NCBI RefSeq assembly: GCF_035594765.1
Contig: NC_085844.1
Coordinates: 89,729,923-89,793,922, forward strand
Reading direction: 5' to 3'
Length of the DNA stretch: 64,000 nucleotides
Source: Anolis carolinensis
Lineage: Eukaryota
A program made the position numbers and the translations under genes. Below, one piece after another: positions 48,881 through 62,900 of the stretch; positions within the stretch are counted from its first letter, which is position 1; each line of letters starts with the position of its first letter. The notes under the pieces were generated by a model. That model worked only from the letters and a program-made list of their open reading frames with translations. It did not search any database and was not told the origin of the DNA.

Positions 48881-50455
48881 ACTGAAACACCAAAATGTTT
48901 TCCTTTTAATTTTAAAATCTGTAGGTATTATATAAAAAATTAATCATTATTTTCAAAACAGTGGGGAACTATTTTTAACATATTTTGTTGAGTTCAATTT
49001 TTCACCTGCTCTAGACTTCAGTAGGCATGCTGATTTCAAAACTGCAGTTAGTTTTCTTCTATCACATTGAGTTTTTTTCTCTATAGCTATCGTAAAGCTA
49101 GGGGCCCCTGGTGGCACAGTGTGTTAAAGTGCTGAGCTGCTGAACTTGTGGACCAAAAGGTCCCAGGTTCAAATCCCAGGAGTGGAATGAGCGCCCGCTG
49201 TTAGTCCCAGCTACTGCCAACCTAGCAGTTTGAAAACATGCAAATGTGAGTAGATCAATGGGTACCGCTCCGGAGGGAAGGTAACGGCGCTCCATGCAGT
49301 CATGCCGGCCACATGACCTTGGAGATGTCTATGGACAATGCCAGCTCTTCGGCCTAGAAATGGAGATAAGCACCAACCCCCAGAGTTGGTCACGACAAGA
49401 CTTAACGTCAGGGGAAATCTTTGCCTTTACTTATCTTAAAGCTACCACTCTAGACTGGATCAAGGGAAGCACTAGTGTTCTTCTATTGGCTTAGAACAAA
49501 TCGCCTTTAAGTGGGAAGGAGTGGGGGATGACTTTGGAAATCAGACAAAAGTTCATATATGTCCAGGCTATTTGATTCCACATGAAACAGTGTGATGAGA
49601 GCTTGTGTGCCACTCTATATAGTGAATTGTATTCCAAAGTGTAGTCCAAGTCTTTGTCTGTATAAAAGGAGTTTGCAAAAAAAATATTTTCATGTGTACT
49701 TATTTCTTTTCCTATGTCTGCCTCTGCTATTTCACGTCGTAAGTGCCTAAACAACCTTGATTCATTTTGTTGTATCTTTGATAGTTCCCACCATTCCCAG
49801 TCAAAGGACAAACAGTGCAATTTTCAGGCAAGTCTGTTTAGCATATTTTAAAGTATAGTTTGGTAATCAAGATAAGTCTTCGTCCCCTCACAAGGTGTGC
49901 AAGCAGTGTGTCAAGAGTTTACGGATGTGGATGAAGGGAATATGTGATAAATTGTCATTTGGTATACTATGGTTTGACGAGAACTCAGAGATCATTCAAG
50001 GGACTGTTACTTTTGTAAAGTGAAAACATCAGGATATAACAAGAAAAATAAATGTAAAATAGAGTATCCTAGTCTACCGTCAGCTATACGCACAGTCCCT
50101 CATTCTGCTGAAATCGCAGTTCCAGTTTTCATTGAACTACCCTCTTCCGAAAAACAGGAATATGGTGAAGAACAAAATGACAGCAACAATGAAGATTTTG
50201 AAATTGAAGATGACTCAGTTCGTAAAATAATAACCCCTCTGCCCACTTTTACAGTGTTGAGTGTCAAATGTTAACAAGTTCAGTTAAATATATAACTGGA
50301 TCTAACACAAAAAATGACAAGGGATCAAACCTTTGTATGGGCATATTGGAAAGCAAATTGAACAACAGAAGCTGGGATGTGTCAACTCAGACATTGACTC
50401 TGATACTTATCTTCAATAAGTATACACGTTTCAAGCTTAAAGGATATCGTGGTTG
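48881..50455 (+). mobile_element. Internally deleted Chapaev3 (CMC) DNA transposon; transposase N-terminal pseudogene ~49714-50225; boundaries approximate
   Basis: Hand translation across frameshifts: RRKCLNNLDSFC, FGNQDKSSSPHKVCKQC, RDHSRDCYFC, IEYPSLPSAIRTVPH. Confidence 0.78.
49101..49431 (+). mobile_element. Sauria SINE inserted in the Chapaev3 element
   Basis: A and B boxes; near-perfect TSD TATC(G/T)TAAAGCTA. Confidence 0.9.
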
Positions 50456-50909
50456 TTTTGCAGCAGTAAAGAAAATCACTTTTGCAAATAGGTGCTTTTT
50501 ATTTTATTTTTCATAATGCATAAACATCTTACAAACAAAATGTAACTACTGAAATTACATACAGCTACTGTGTTCTTAACCTGTTGAACCTCATTCCCAG
50601 TTCACATGCACAGTGCATGCATTTTCAGCTTCAGGTGATTTTTTCTCCTTTCAATAGGCTTGCTTGTTTGGAAATTGAATTACATTTATAACTTCACCTT
50701 TTACAAATATTGGAGTTTTGTTTTCTAAAAAATACATGTTAACTAAAAGGTTCACAGTTCAGTAAAAGTATATGTGTAATATATAATCTTTGAAAAATGT
50801 ATTTGCAATTATATAGAGTAATTTTAAGCCATTGAAGATAATTGAACTATATTTTCTGTTGATGACATGCTCATTAAAAATCTTGTCCACTTCTCCCCAT
50901 TCCTTATAT

Positions 50910-50915
50910 TTATAT
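50910..50915 (-). CDS. Gene C terminal micro-exon (I-stop); 3'UTR to ~50460 with AATAAA near 50498-50508
   Basis: ctttgtatttttcag|ATA TAA; paralogous to the gene 0 terminal exon. Confidence 0.65.
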   Translation of the reverse strand: M

Positions 50916-53900
50916 CTGAAAAATACAAAGTGAATGGGTAAGATTACAAGCCCAGATTTTGAATAACTATTATTTATGTTTAATGCAATTCACAAATTGC
51001 TTAAAATAATGCTTGTATACACAAATAATAGTATAGTACTATAAGTTGCTTTCAAGATCTAGGCATGCTAAGCCAACTGTTACTGCTCTCTTTTCACTGA
51101 CAAGAAACAGACTATTTTCAAAAAAGGCTTCAACTTGTATATGATTGGGGTCAAATCATAGAGTTGGAAGGGAACATAAGGGCCATCCAGTCCAATCTTT
51201 TGCCACCCAGGGAGGCACAATCAAAGCACTGTGAATAGATGTCCATACAGCCTCTGCTTAACGACCTCCAGAGAGTGAGACCCCATTACTCCAAGGAAGC
51301 ATATTCTACTGTCAAGTAGCTTTAATCACCAGAAACTTGTTCTAATGTTTATGTGCAAATTCTTTTTCTGCAATGTAGTGTAATAGGTTTGCTGTTTCTT
51401 AATATTTAATATGTTTGAATGAGTTTAAAACTGTTCAAAGTTAATGTTTTTAAGTGAATCCTTGTATTACACATTGTTCTACTAGTTTGTTTTGATATAC
51501 CCTTTAAGTCAGTCTGGGTTTCACATGAATAAAAAAAACCAGAATATAAGGAAAGTCAGTCAACCAATTATATAAAGTGGCCTAAAAGAAATAAAAAACC
51601 TGTCATTGTGGACAGTGTTCATCTTATGTGAAAATAAAGAGTCCAGATGTTGATACTTTCCAGTATTATTCACATTTTAGCATCAATGCCTTTTTTTAAA
51701 AGAAAAGAAAAAAAATACAAATATCCTTTCTTCATTTGTTCAAACCAATCAATTAAATAGTTTATTGTACTAGTCCAAGGCCATGACAAAAAGGTACAGG
51801 TGCAGGGTGCACAGAGTAGTACCCTCAAAGCAAACAGAAAGCAAAAGATAGCAAACATAGGTGAGCTTCATGCTTGCACAAAGAGCAAAAATAATGTGAA
51901 TTATTGTTACTGGGGGAGAGTTACATCTCTGTAACAGTTGATGGCAATTTTATCTAGCTCTATCTTCCTGATCTTTTTTGCAGAGAAAGCAAAGAGGGCC
52001 ACTTTATATACTACATAATCATTTGAGTTGCTTAGTAAAAACCGAACCATTTCTACAACATAGTTGTCATTGCCATTTATCTGCAGAGGTTTCAAATATC
52101 ATTCTCTCGGGTCACTAGACAAAGGGCAGTTTAGCATGTAGTACACAGTGCCTTTCACCCGACTGGCTACAAATGCAAAGTCTGTTTTCCAATGGCACAT
52201 TATGATAATGCCAATCAAATACTGTGGAGGGCATTTACTTGGAATTGCAGTTAAGTGAAGGCAATTCTTAAGGAGGATGGCTTATGTTTAGTCAGATATC
52301 TGGCTCTAAAATATTCAGATTTCAACAAGGGGAACCATGGGGAGAATTTGGTGTTCTTGTTTGACTGCAGAACCCTTCTTGAATCAGTCCAAAATAGCCA
52401 GTCTCTTAATTGCCTCTTATTCGTATCCAAGGCAGAATTAACTATGAGAGGTTGTTGCTGTGTAGAAGATTTTCTAAACTTATTTTGCAGTGTCGATGGT
52501 TGCTTATTTCCAAGTAACAATGCTGGAAGACGGTTACTTGGTAGAGTGGCATTTCATTTAAAGTATCTTAATTGGGCACTATCTACTTTTGTCTTGAATG
52601 AGGTACACAGAAGGGCTGTGGGAGTTCTAGTTGGGAGATAATAGAGTTTTTGGAGGAATAATAAAAAAAGTTATTATCTAAGCCCCAAATTTTTGTACTG
52701 TATAACATCTGTACCAACACTTTGCTACTGAAGATTTTTAGAGCAAGTCTAATTAATGGACCGCCCTGAGTGTGGAAAAATTTCATCAAAGCTGCTATTG
52801 TTTTCTCAGCTTTCAACCTCACTGCTTCCTTGTGACATTTCCAGGAAAGAGATTCACTAAAAACAATTCCCAGATTGTTATACCTGGTGCAGTGTTTGCC
52901 AAAAACCATAACCTTGGTCTTTGAGTAATTTATTAACAGATTTTCCTCTTAGCAGTAGGTACTGAAAGCCTTTAGAAGATTTTTAAGACCCAATTGAGAG
53001 ACAGATGAGCACTGTATCATTTGCATACACCAGGATGAAAATCTTTCTGTTCCTGAATACTGGTGACGGAGAGTCAGTTTTAGCCAAAGAAGGCACTAAA
53101 TCATTCATATAGATGTTGAAAAGAGTAGGGCCAGTAAGCATCCCTGTTTTACTCCCCGTGTTGTTGGAAAAGCTTCTGTCCGAGAACCATTTCTGCCAAC
53201 TCTGACACTCATTTCTGTGTTGGTGTATAGTGCGTGTATCAATCTTAATAGTCTGCAATCAATAACAGAATTCCATAGCTTTCACCATCATCTCATTCTG
53301 TTAATGGAATCAATGGCAGCAGAAAGATCAATGAAAGCAACAAAAACATGTTTGTCCCCCCCCTTGGTATATTTCTTTATGATATGATTTAGTGTGAAAG
53401 ATTGATCTATGGTGCTATATTCACTTTTGAACTCTGCTTGCTCTATTGTTTTTCTTGTAGCCAGTCTGTCAGTTTAAGAAGTAGATGTTGAGCATATAGC
53501 TTTGAAGTGATGTTGAGAAAGCTAACTGGATGATAGTTTTGAGGGTCATTTCTCCATATCCTGTCCTACTAGTACGGGCTATGCATCAGGACACCAGCAC
53601 ACCCATTTCTTTTAAAACAAATCCATAATTGCATTGATGTGAGCTTTTCAGACTACATGGCCATGTTCCAATAGGAGAGAATGCTACTGGAATATGGCCA
53701 CACAGCCTGGAAAACTCACTGCAACCCAGTGATTCTGGCCATGAAAGCCTTTGACAATACAAATCCATAGTTCTTCATAAGCTATATAATCAAAGCTTTT
53801 GCTTTCCCTAGAATAAACAAAAATGAATTCTTCTGCCATGGCTATTCCACTGTTATAGTTAAATTGCAATATACTTACACGTATGCATCGTGGATATTCA

Positions 53901-56900
53901 AATGTGTCATTGACACATCGTACTCTGAATTCAGGTGAAGATGGATGTGGACGGTAGCCCCATTTACAGGCAAATTCTGCTACATCTCCAGCTGTGAAAT
54001 ATAATTTGTCCTTCCCAGTCCACCTCAGCCTTATATTATTGCGTTCCATGTCTTCTTGACTTGCTGTACATGGAACTGCAGAAAGACATAAGGTATGGAC
54101 TCCTCTGTGAATATGTCATGTTCTTCAGTTGTGTCCTGAATTCTTGTGCTGTACCTTGCTGAAGCTTGAACTGTGGTGATAATCTTATGACTACTACACT
54201 TTTTAACTCTTAAACCTTAGATAATTACTCTGTGAACACTTGGTGTTTGACTCAGACTGCAAACGCAGCTACTGTTTCTGCTTGCTCCTGAACCAGCATT
54301 TGCAGTACTCCCAATGATAATGAATCTTTGTGTGTGACTTCAGCTGTCTTTATGGTTGAACTTGGACCTGGAAATGGCCAAGTGTTTAAGTTATTGTTTT
54401 AAGTCAAATAGTTCTGACACAAGCCTAGTGTTCTTTGGTTAACCTTTATCTAGATGCAGACAGAATGAATAATAGGAACACATGCCCAAGAGACATCAAT
54501 CATTTCCACCCCAGCTGTATCCCAAGTTGGTATACTCAACTACAGATCAAGTCAAGGTCAAAGATCAAAGCAAAATGGCAGCTGTTTTATAGGTCACTGT
54601 TTTGGATCTGACCAGCAGCACTTTCATGCCAAGGGGATTGTTTAAAAGGCTGTCTAGGTTGAGCAATGAAGAGAGAGAGGAATTGCATAAATACCGGTAC
54701 TCATTTTGCATCTTAGTTCTATGATAGTATAATTTTATTCATATTCAGTCATCTTCTTCTGTGAACAACAAGCAAGTGTATTCTGGACAAGGGAATATAC
54801 TGTGCACCCAAACCTGCAATTCTAACTGGCAGATATGCAGTTGTCAACCTAATAGAGTAATAGATCACAGATAAACCATAAAAATAATTTTATTTTTAGA
54901 CAAATCAGTAAAAGAAAGAGTATGATAGAGATAAAAAGAACACTAGAACTTGATCAACCTCACATAAAGCTGTAGTAATGTCATGCACTTTGGTGATTAC
55001 GTACCTATTTCTGTGATGCATAAATAATGAATAAAACCTGCTTTTTCACATGTATTGCTCATTCATTTATAGTATCTTGTAACTGAATTTGGTCTTCCTC
55101 ACCTTCCTCTTTTTCCCATTGAGAGATAGGATACAGTATCCATTAAGATTACAATGGGAGTTCAGGAAAAGAAATGGTTTCTATTTGTATAATATACATT
55201 GAATTGTTCAGAACTCTTAATATATACCCGCTGACCTAATTTCTTCAACACAAAACTTCATTGCTAAGTGGCCAATGATGCAAACTAAGGTGAGGAACTG
55301 TTAAACTTAACTTCAGACCTTAAGCATATTTTACATTGGACTAATTTTCAATATAAGCTCCATTCTCGTCTTTGCAGAGTGTTCTGAATTAAAAAAAAAC
55401 AAAGAAGCGGAATATGCTAGGCCTCCAAATCCATTTTAGTATTATTGCTCTCATCATGTAGATGAGAGCCTTTACTGAAAGGAGAGCTTTGCCTATATTC
55501 CCAATGGTATTAAACAAAATCAGGTTTCCCAATGGAAGTAAGAGTGTAATTTGTAGGACAAAATCTCCTGTTCAGCCCCACTGTTCTCCCAATGAGGATG
55601 GAAATGGAGATAGAAGGAGAGAATCCCTTTGGGTAGAGATTCAACATGCATCATAAGAAAATGTATAGGGCTACAATTATTATAAAGTTCAGTGACACTG
55701 GAAGTACAAAACATGGATCCTATAAATCCAAGAAATATTTAACTTTCTGTCTATGCTGTCTAACTTTCTGCACTATGAAGTACCAACCAGTGGTGTAGAT
55801 TCTCCCCATGCCTTCAACCAAGATTACAGAAGTAATCAAAACACTTTGTGACAAATAAGGAAGGCATATGAAGGCAGCTTTATCCATGTATGTCTTACAC
55901 TAAGAAGGCAACTTCACTTCCAGTATGTGACCTGCAACAACCTTTCCAACTCCATCATTCTGAAGGCATTGTTTTGAGTACGTGTAACATGAAATAGTTA
56001 TAAGTGTATGCTTCTATTATGTAGAATTCATACATTTTTTTCAATGACTAAATAAATCTATTAAAGCCATGACATATACAGTAGAGTCTCACTTATCCAA
56101 CACTCACTTATCCAACGTTCTGGATTATCCAATGCATTTTTGTAGTCAATGTTTTCAATATATCATGATATTTTGGTGCTAAATTTGTAAATACGTTAAT
56201 TACTACATAGCATTACTGCTTATTGAACTACTTTTTCTGTCAAATTTGTTGTATAACATGATGTTTTGGTGCTTAATTTGTAAAATCATAACCTAATTTG
56301 ATGTTCAATAGGCTTTTCCTTAATGCCTCCTTATTATCCAACATATTCGCTTATCCAACGTTCTGCCAGCCCATTTATGTTGGATAAGTGAGACTCTACT
56401 GTAAATGAATTTTACTTTTTTCTGTATTTACAAGATCTATACCATTAACTGTTATGAAGTCTTGAAATTATTCTCATACCTATGCACTTTGGGGTGTCCG
56501 ACCAATGGCCATTTTGACAACTTACTGCTGCATTTCCTTCCATGTTGTAGAAACGTTGGCATTTGTATATCACACGTTCACCTGATTTATATTCATCTTT
56601 TAAAAGATCAATAATATCTCCATTTTCAATAGAAGGTGGGCGGCCACATTTTTCTACATTAGCTTTAGAAAAGAATTGAACACTGAATCAGAAAACAGCA
56701 TTTTTCCTCATAACATTCAATATGATTGCAAATAGTATGAGAACACATATCCTTCCCCACTGTTACAGATATGAAAAAGGAAAATAAGGGGAAATACTAT
56801 TCATTTTTAAGAATGGAAATCAAACCATCCATGTTTGTTAGTGAAGTATGGACAATCAATTAACAACAACAATTACTAATGATGATTCTCATTTTTATTC

Positions 56901-59900
56901 TTTTTCAGGTATGAATGACATCTATTTGTCCTTTGCTTAAGAGTTTGAACAGACCGCACAGTTGCTTTTGTGTCAATAGGATTTCAACAAATCTGCATTT
57001 TGCTTCTCTGTTTACTCCCAGTGTTTATCTTGTTCCTATCCACTTTTGAAGAGTACTTTTAGTACCTATTATATATTAGTTTTACGTAGTAGCTTCTGCA
57101 TAAACCTAGAATAGTGCATGCAAGACTTTGACTTTTTTTGGCCACCATTTTACTTTGCTCAGAACACTTGCCCACTATAATTAAGCACTTCCATTTCATC
57201 TATAACCACCATTTTCATTAAGCCTATAAGGCTCACTGATGGGATTCCACCTGATCTAGTTTTCATTTCTGTGTATTTATAGGTATCTAAGACTGGAAAT
57301 GAATGGGCAGACAATCTGTATTCAATTTATAAATTTGATTTCTGATGCATATATTTTCAATAGGGGAGGAGGGCAAAACGGGTAAGATGTAGGGAATGTA
57401 TACTTCCATAATTTCTAACTGGACCTTTAATATATTTGAACCTTTTGAATGCACACACAGCTGCACTGAGGGTCCATGCATGAGTGTTATAACAAGCCAG
57501 GAATTTTATGTTATCAGTAGTCTCCAATTCTGTGCACAACAGGAAAGTCAAGCAAACTGTTTCAGAACGTGTTATGATGTCAAGCATCAGTAATGAAGTA
57601 GGCTTGACATCTTGGATTTTTCTAGATCCATTAATCAAAGGTTTCCAACTTAAATATTTGAATAATTCTGCCAAAATATAACATGTCACAAATATCTGCT
57701 TAGGCTATCCAAATTTAACCTTAAATACAAAATTTTCAATCCACACATATTCAATTCACACACATTCATTAACTGAAAATGGTCTAATGAACAGATAACC
57801 ATGAACAACATAGATATCATCCCATAAAGCACAAGTAACATGTACTTTCTGTCATGGCATTGTGTGTAGTATGGGGAAAATATGATCATTCTTTTTTTCC
57901 AACACTCCTTATAATTCACTGCAGCAGTGGGAACAAGTTCGTTTGGTTCATATAACTAAATTCAAACCAATTCAACTAATATTTTCTTAATGAAGAAACA
58001 AAATAGAATCCAAACGTCATGCTTGTCAAATGTAGTGAAACGGTTTGCTGATTAAAATGAAATCTGTACTAAAATACATATTAGGCATGTCCGATCAATG
58101 AAAAAAATATTTCAATTCTTGTTTCTAAATTAGGGGGCGCTTCGAAATAGAAACTATTTCTGATTTTTTTCACCCAAAAATTTCGAATATTTCTGAAAAT
58201 TTGTAATGATTCTAAATGTTTCTAAAATGTCGGGTGCGCACGCGCAATCACCAAAAAAATGGCACCCAGGGGGGACATTTACAGGGCTCTCCCGCCCTCA
58301 TTTCTGGAGCTATCCTCATAAAATTTGATACAGTGGGAGAACACATTCAACACTCTTAGCTCAACAAATTGCAGAACGTTTCCTGTATCCTACGATTTTT
58401 GGCGAATTTTTATAACTTTTAATAATACACTATTTTTTAATATTTGAAGAAACCTGTTCCTGGTTTGAAAGTTTTATTTCCTGTTCAATTGGGTTTTTAT
58501 CACTATGAAATGGACCAGTGACCACACCAAGCAACTAGAAATTCCCTTGTTATATTTTTAAGCAAGAAGGGCACTGGAAATCAATGGTGTGTATTCCTAT
58601 GTGATCCCACATGCAACAAACGTGATGCCTTGCCTTCCTTTTTTTAATGTACCAGTGACCAACCTGGCCAATGCTCTGGCAAGGTGTGCAAAGAAACTTT
58701 GAAAACTAGAAATTCCCTTGTTATATTTTTAAGCAAGAAGGACACTGCAAATCAAAGGTGTCTCTGGCTATGTGATCCCACAAACCTCAAAGGCAATGCC
58801 TTGCCTTCCTTTGGAAATGTACTTGTGAGCAAGCTGGCCAATGCCCTGGCAAGGAGTGCACAGATACTTTGAAAATTATAAATTCCCTTGCTATATTTGT
58901 AAGCAAGAACTCTGGAAATCAATGGTGTCTCTGGCTATGTGATCCCACAAGCCTGAAAGGCAATGCCTTCTTAATGAAATAGACTGCTGATTCTGCAAAG
59001 GTAATAATATTAATAAATAAAACTTTATTTATACCCCGCCACCATCTCCCCGTGGGGACTCGGGGCAGCTTACATGGGGCAGAGGCCCAAACAACACAAG
59101 GACAAAATATAAGCAACATAATACAATCACAATATAAAACAGATAAAACAGTAATGCAATATATCAATTAAAACAACAATACAGAATAAAAAATTACATT
59201 AAAAACACATAAAACGTAAGACCATAATAAATACAGGATAGATTATTAAAAACCCTCTGGGGCTGATTAATTAATGACTATCTCCGAAAGCCTGCTGAAA
59301 CATCCAAGTCTTCAGTTGTTTCCTGAAGGAAGGTAGAGAGGGAGCCAACCTAATCTCCCTGGGGAGGGAGTTCCAGAGTCCGGGGCCACGGCCGAGAAGG
59401 CCCTCTCTCTCGTCCCCACCAAACGCAGTTGTGAGGAGGGCGGAAGCGAGAGGAGGGCCTCCCTGGAAGATCTCAGCGACCGGGTGGGTTCATAGGGGAC
59501 GACGCGGTCACAAAGATAGGCAGGTCCCGAAGCGTTTAGAGCTTTATAGGTAATAACCTGCACCTTAAATTGGGCCCGGAATATAATCGGCAGCCAGTGG
59601 AGCTGCCTAAACAGGGGGGTTGACCTCTCCCTATAAGCAGCTCCAGTTAGTAACCTGGCTGCCGACCGTTGTATCAACTGGAATTTCTGGACCGTCTTCA
59701 AGGGCAGCCCCACGTAGAGTGCGTTAGAGTAATCCATCCTTGAGGTAACCAGAGCGTGGACCACCATGGCCAAGTCAGACTTCTCGAGGTACGGTCGCAG
59801 TTGGCGCACTAGTTTTAGCTGTGCAAAGGCCCTCCCGGCCACCTCCCACACCTGAGCATCAAGTGACAGTGATGAGTCCAGGAGGACCCCCAAGCTGCGG

Positions 59901-62900
59901 ACCTGCACCTTCAGAGGGAGTGTGACCCCATCAAGCACAGGTAGCCACCCTATGCCCCGATCGGCCTTAACGACTGACCTGGAGGACCTCTGTCTTGTCA
60001 GGATTGAGCTTCAGCTTGTTGGCCCTCATCCAACCCATTACAGCGGCCAGGCACTGGTCTAGGGTCCGAGGGGCTTCCTTGGATACTATGATCCAGCAAG
60101 AACTATTCTTAACGAAATTGAAAGCTAGATAATTTTATTAATAATATGGAAAAAATATAACTCTGGAATTCACAGCTCTAAATAGCTGAGCACTACCCAA
60201 AATTAACACACTCACAAGAGAAGGAACCAGCAACAAAACCCTAACCCTTTCTCCAAACCCCTCTGTGAGAACAGCCAGATCGGGCCCCTTCACCCTCTCT
60301 CTCCCTCAAGACATGAGGTTTGCTTGCTTTCCATTTGCAGACCACCACCCTCTCCGCACAAAACCCAGCTCAGAATGGCTCGCCCAGGCTACACAATGGG
60401 CTTTTATGGCAATCTTCCATGTGGACGCAGAGGACCCTAGCCCCCATCTTTGTGTCCATCGTGGAAGCTTCTGATTGGCTGGGGAGCGGCAGCCATGTTA
60501 GGCTGCGCCAAGCTCCCATTCAAGGTAGGTTGCAGAAACAAAAATTTTAAAAATATATTTTAAAAAATATATTTTAAAAAATTTTGGTGGGAAAAAATTA
60601 ACGAAACATTAAGAGACAATTAGAGAATGGGCCAACGATGGTTCAAATTACATTGCTGGTTGCGCTGTGAGACAACGTCTCGGAATGCGTCTCAAAAAAG
60701 CAAGAACAATCCAATATAAATCCGATATACGATTCAAAACGATTTTTTGGACATACCTAATACATATCTAATGTAGTCAAAGAAATATAAACAGAAAGCA
60801 TGTTTCAGGAGAAATATATATGTACATGACATTTCAGCAAAGTTTTTAACCAAATAAATTTCAAACAGTAGTGATACAGAATGAATTTGTGCATCAACAC
60901 AATTTGAAAATTGCAGATATCAAATTACAGGATTCTTCATCTTTAGTTTGGCAAGAAAGAGCATTTACTCATAAAGTCAACAGTACTGGAAAAGGCCAAC
61001 AGTAATCTAACCAATAAATCTAACCCATATTGTGCTCTAAGGCTTGGATACCCAAATGGACTTGTATCAATCCATGTAATTCAGACAAACAGACCATAAA
61101 TATATTATCACAAAATACAAGGCACAATTTATACAAGCCTTTCAAACCCCTTCATGCTAGGAAAGAGGAGAGATGATTGGGGGGAAAGTTTCTCAAGTTG
61201 TAAGAAACTTGAATTAGAAGAATCCTAGATGGATGGGAATTTTAACAGAGAGTTATTCTCTACAAAAAAAATTACATGTGCAATTTTTCACATGCAACAT
61301 GCACAGAAAAAAATTGCAAAAAAGAACATTTTGTATGCAGGACACATTTTCTCTTTTGAAAATAATATTTCGACACAGAAATATCAATTCCTTTATAGAA
61401 AAATTGAATGTGAATTAAGTGTTTTCTGCATAAAAATATTATTTCAATGCAAAAATATTAATTCATGTTCAAAATGTGTTTTACTGCACAGAAATATGAA
61501 TGCTGACCTCAGCTATTGATTTTGGCAAGCAAGATTTGAGCATTCTTATATCCCTTGCAATCCTGGATAACAGACAAAATGGAAGGTACGTCACTCTATG
61601 CCACATAAGTTCAACTACATGTTGGATGACCTGACCTCAAGTTGGTAGGTCAAAGGCCATCTTTAACCATTGCTAAAAATCATGGGAGACATTTCTTATC
61701 ACTTTTGAGAAGCTATTCAAGAATCTACCTAGAAAAAAAGAAAACGTCCATTTCCATTTGTACCTCACTTTCAAGATATATCAGAATGGGATCAAATACC
61801 TCTGCACTGGGGTGCTTCTGACCATTGCTTCTTTAAACACGTTATTGTACGAGATCCAGAAATATAGTATCCATTGTCACACTGATACTCCATGGTTTCA
61901 TTAGGTGAATACTTTTGCTTTTTATTTCCTCGAAGCTGACCATGCAGAATGTCAGGTGGAGGAGGACATCCATCTACTTCAGATATGATTTGAAAAACAG
62001 AAGCATTATCTATAAATTGGTAATTACTGTTTTTCTGAAGCCTTATATTAGCAAACCTCTTACCTCCGTTAACACAATTGGATTGCATTTCCAGGCCTAT
62101 TAAACACATCTTTCGATTATCCCAATCTGAAAAGGACTTTCCCTGTTAGTCCTTTGCCATCCCACTTTTTTAGCTGCTTTAAAAATGTACATCCCCCCTC
62201 CTTTGTCCACTCATCTTCTGCTTACTTCAATTCCTGCAAACTTAGATTATAGTGCAAAAGTAGCTTGCACTCAATTAGTTCAGCAAGGATGGAATCTTGC
62301 ACTTCCCCTGAAGATTTAGCCAAAAGCATACTGAAACAACCTCTTCATTGGAAAGTTACAAATATGTAACCTATAGTTATGCACTCACAGTGGTTTCATA
62401 CTCATGATCCCTATGCATTCCCCAATTTTGGAGATAAGCTTCCTATTTGCCACATACAGGGCAGCTGCCACTGTTGGAAGGGAGTCTCTTCCTCTGTTGA
62501 TTGGAAATCAACTGACTGAGATTAACGCTTCCCCTCCATACATATGCAATTCATCAATATGCAATCTTTGGTGCAAGGGTGATATGCAAAAGAGAAAGAG
62601 AAAGTTGCTTTCTAGTAAGTAGGAACTGGGAGGATTAGGAAGGAAGTCATTACATAGCTGCATAGTTATGGTGCTTATATATTCATAATTTCCCAATAGA
62701 ATGACCATGAATAGTTACTGAAATAGTAATCAACAAAACTGTGAGTACTGAGCATCAGGAGCTAGTCTGAAACTCATAGAAATTGTTCAAGGACAGCAAC
62801 ACTCATGATATTGCCATATTACTGGTCAATGAGTCTTGTATTAGTAATGTATGGCACTAATACATCTCATCCATGGCAGCAATTTCATTATCCACCCCCT

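Larger units (their letters stand above)
58082..60759 (+). mobile_element. Large non-autonomous hAT element with internal L2 and ~171-bp tandem repeats
   Basis: TIR TAGGCATGTCC / GGACATACCTA; exact 8-bp TSD ATACATAT (58074-58081, 60760-60767). Confidence 0.88.
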
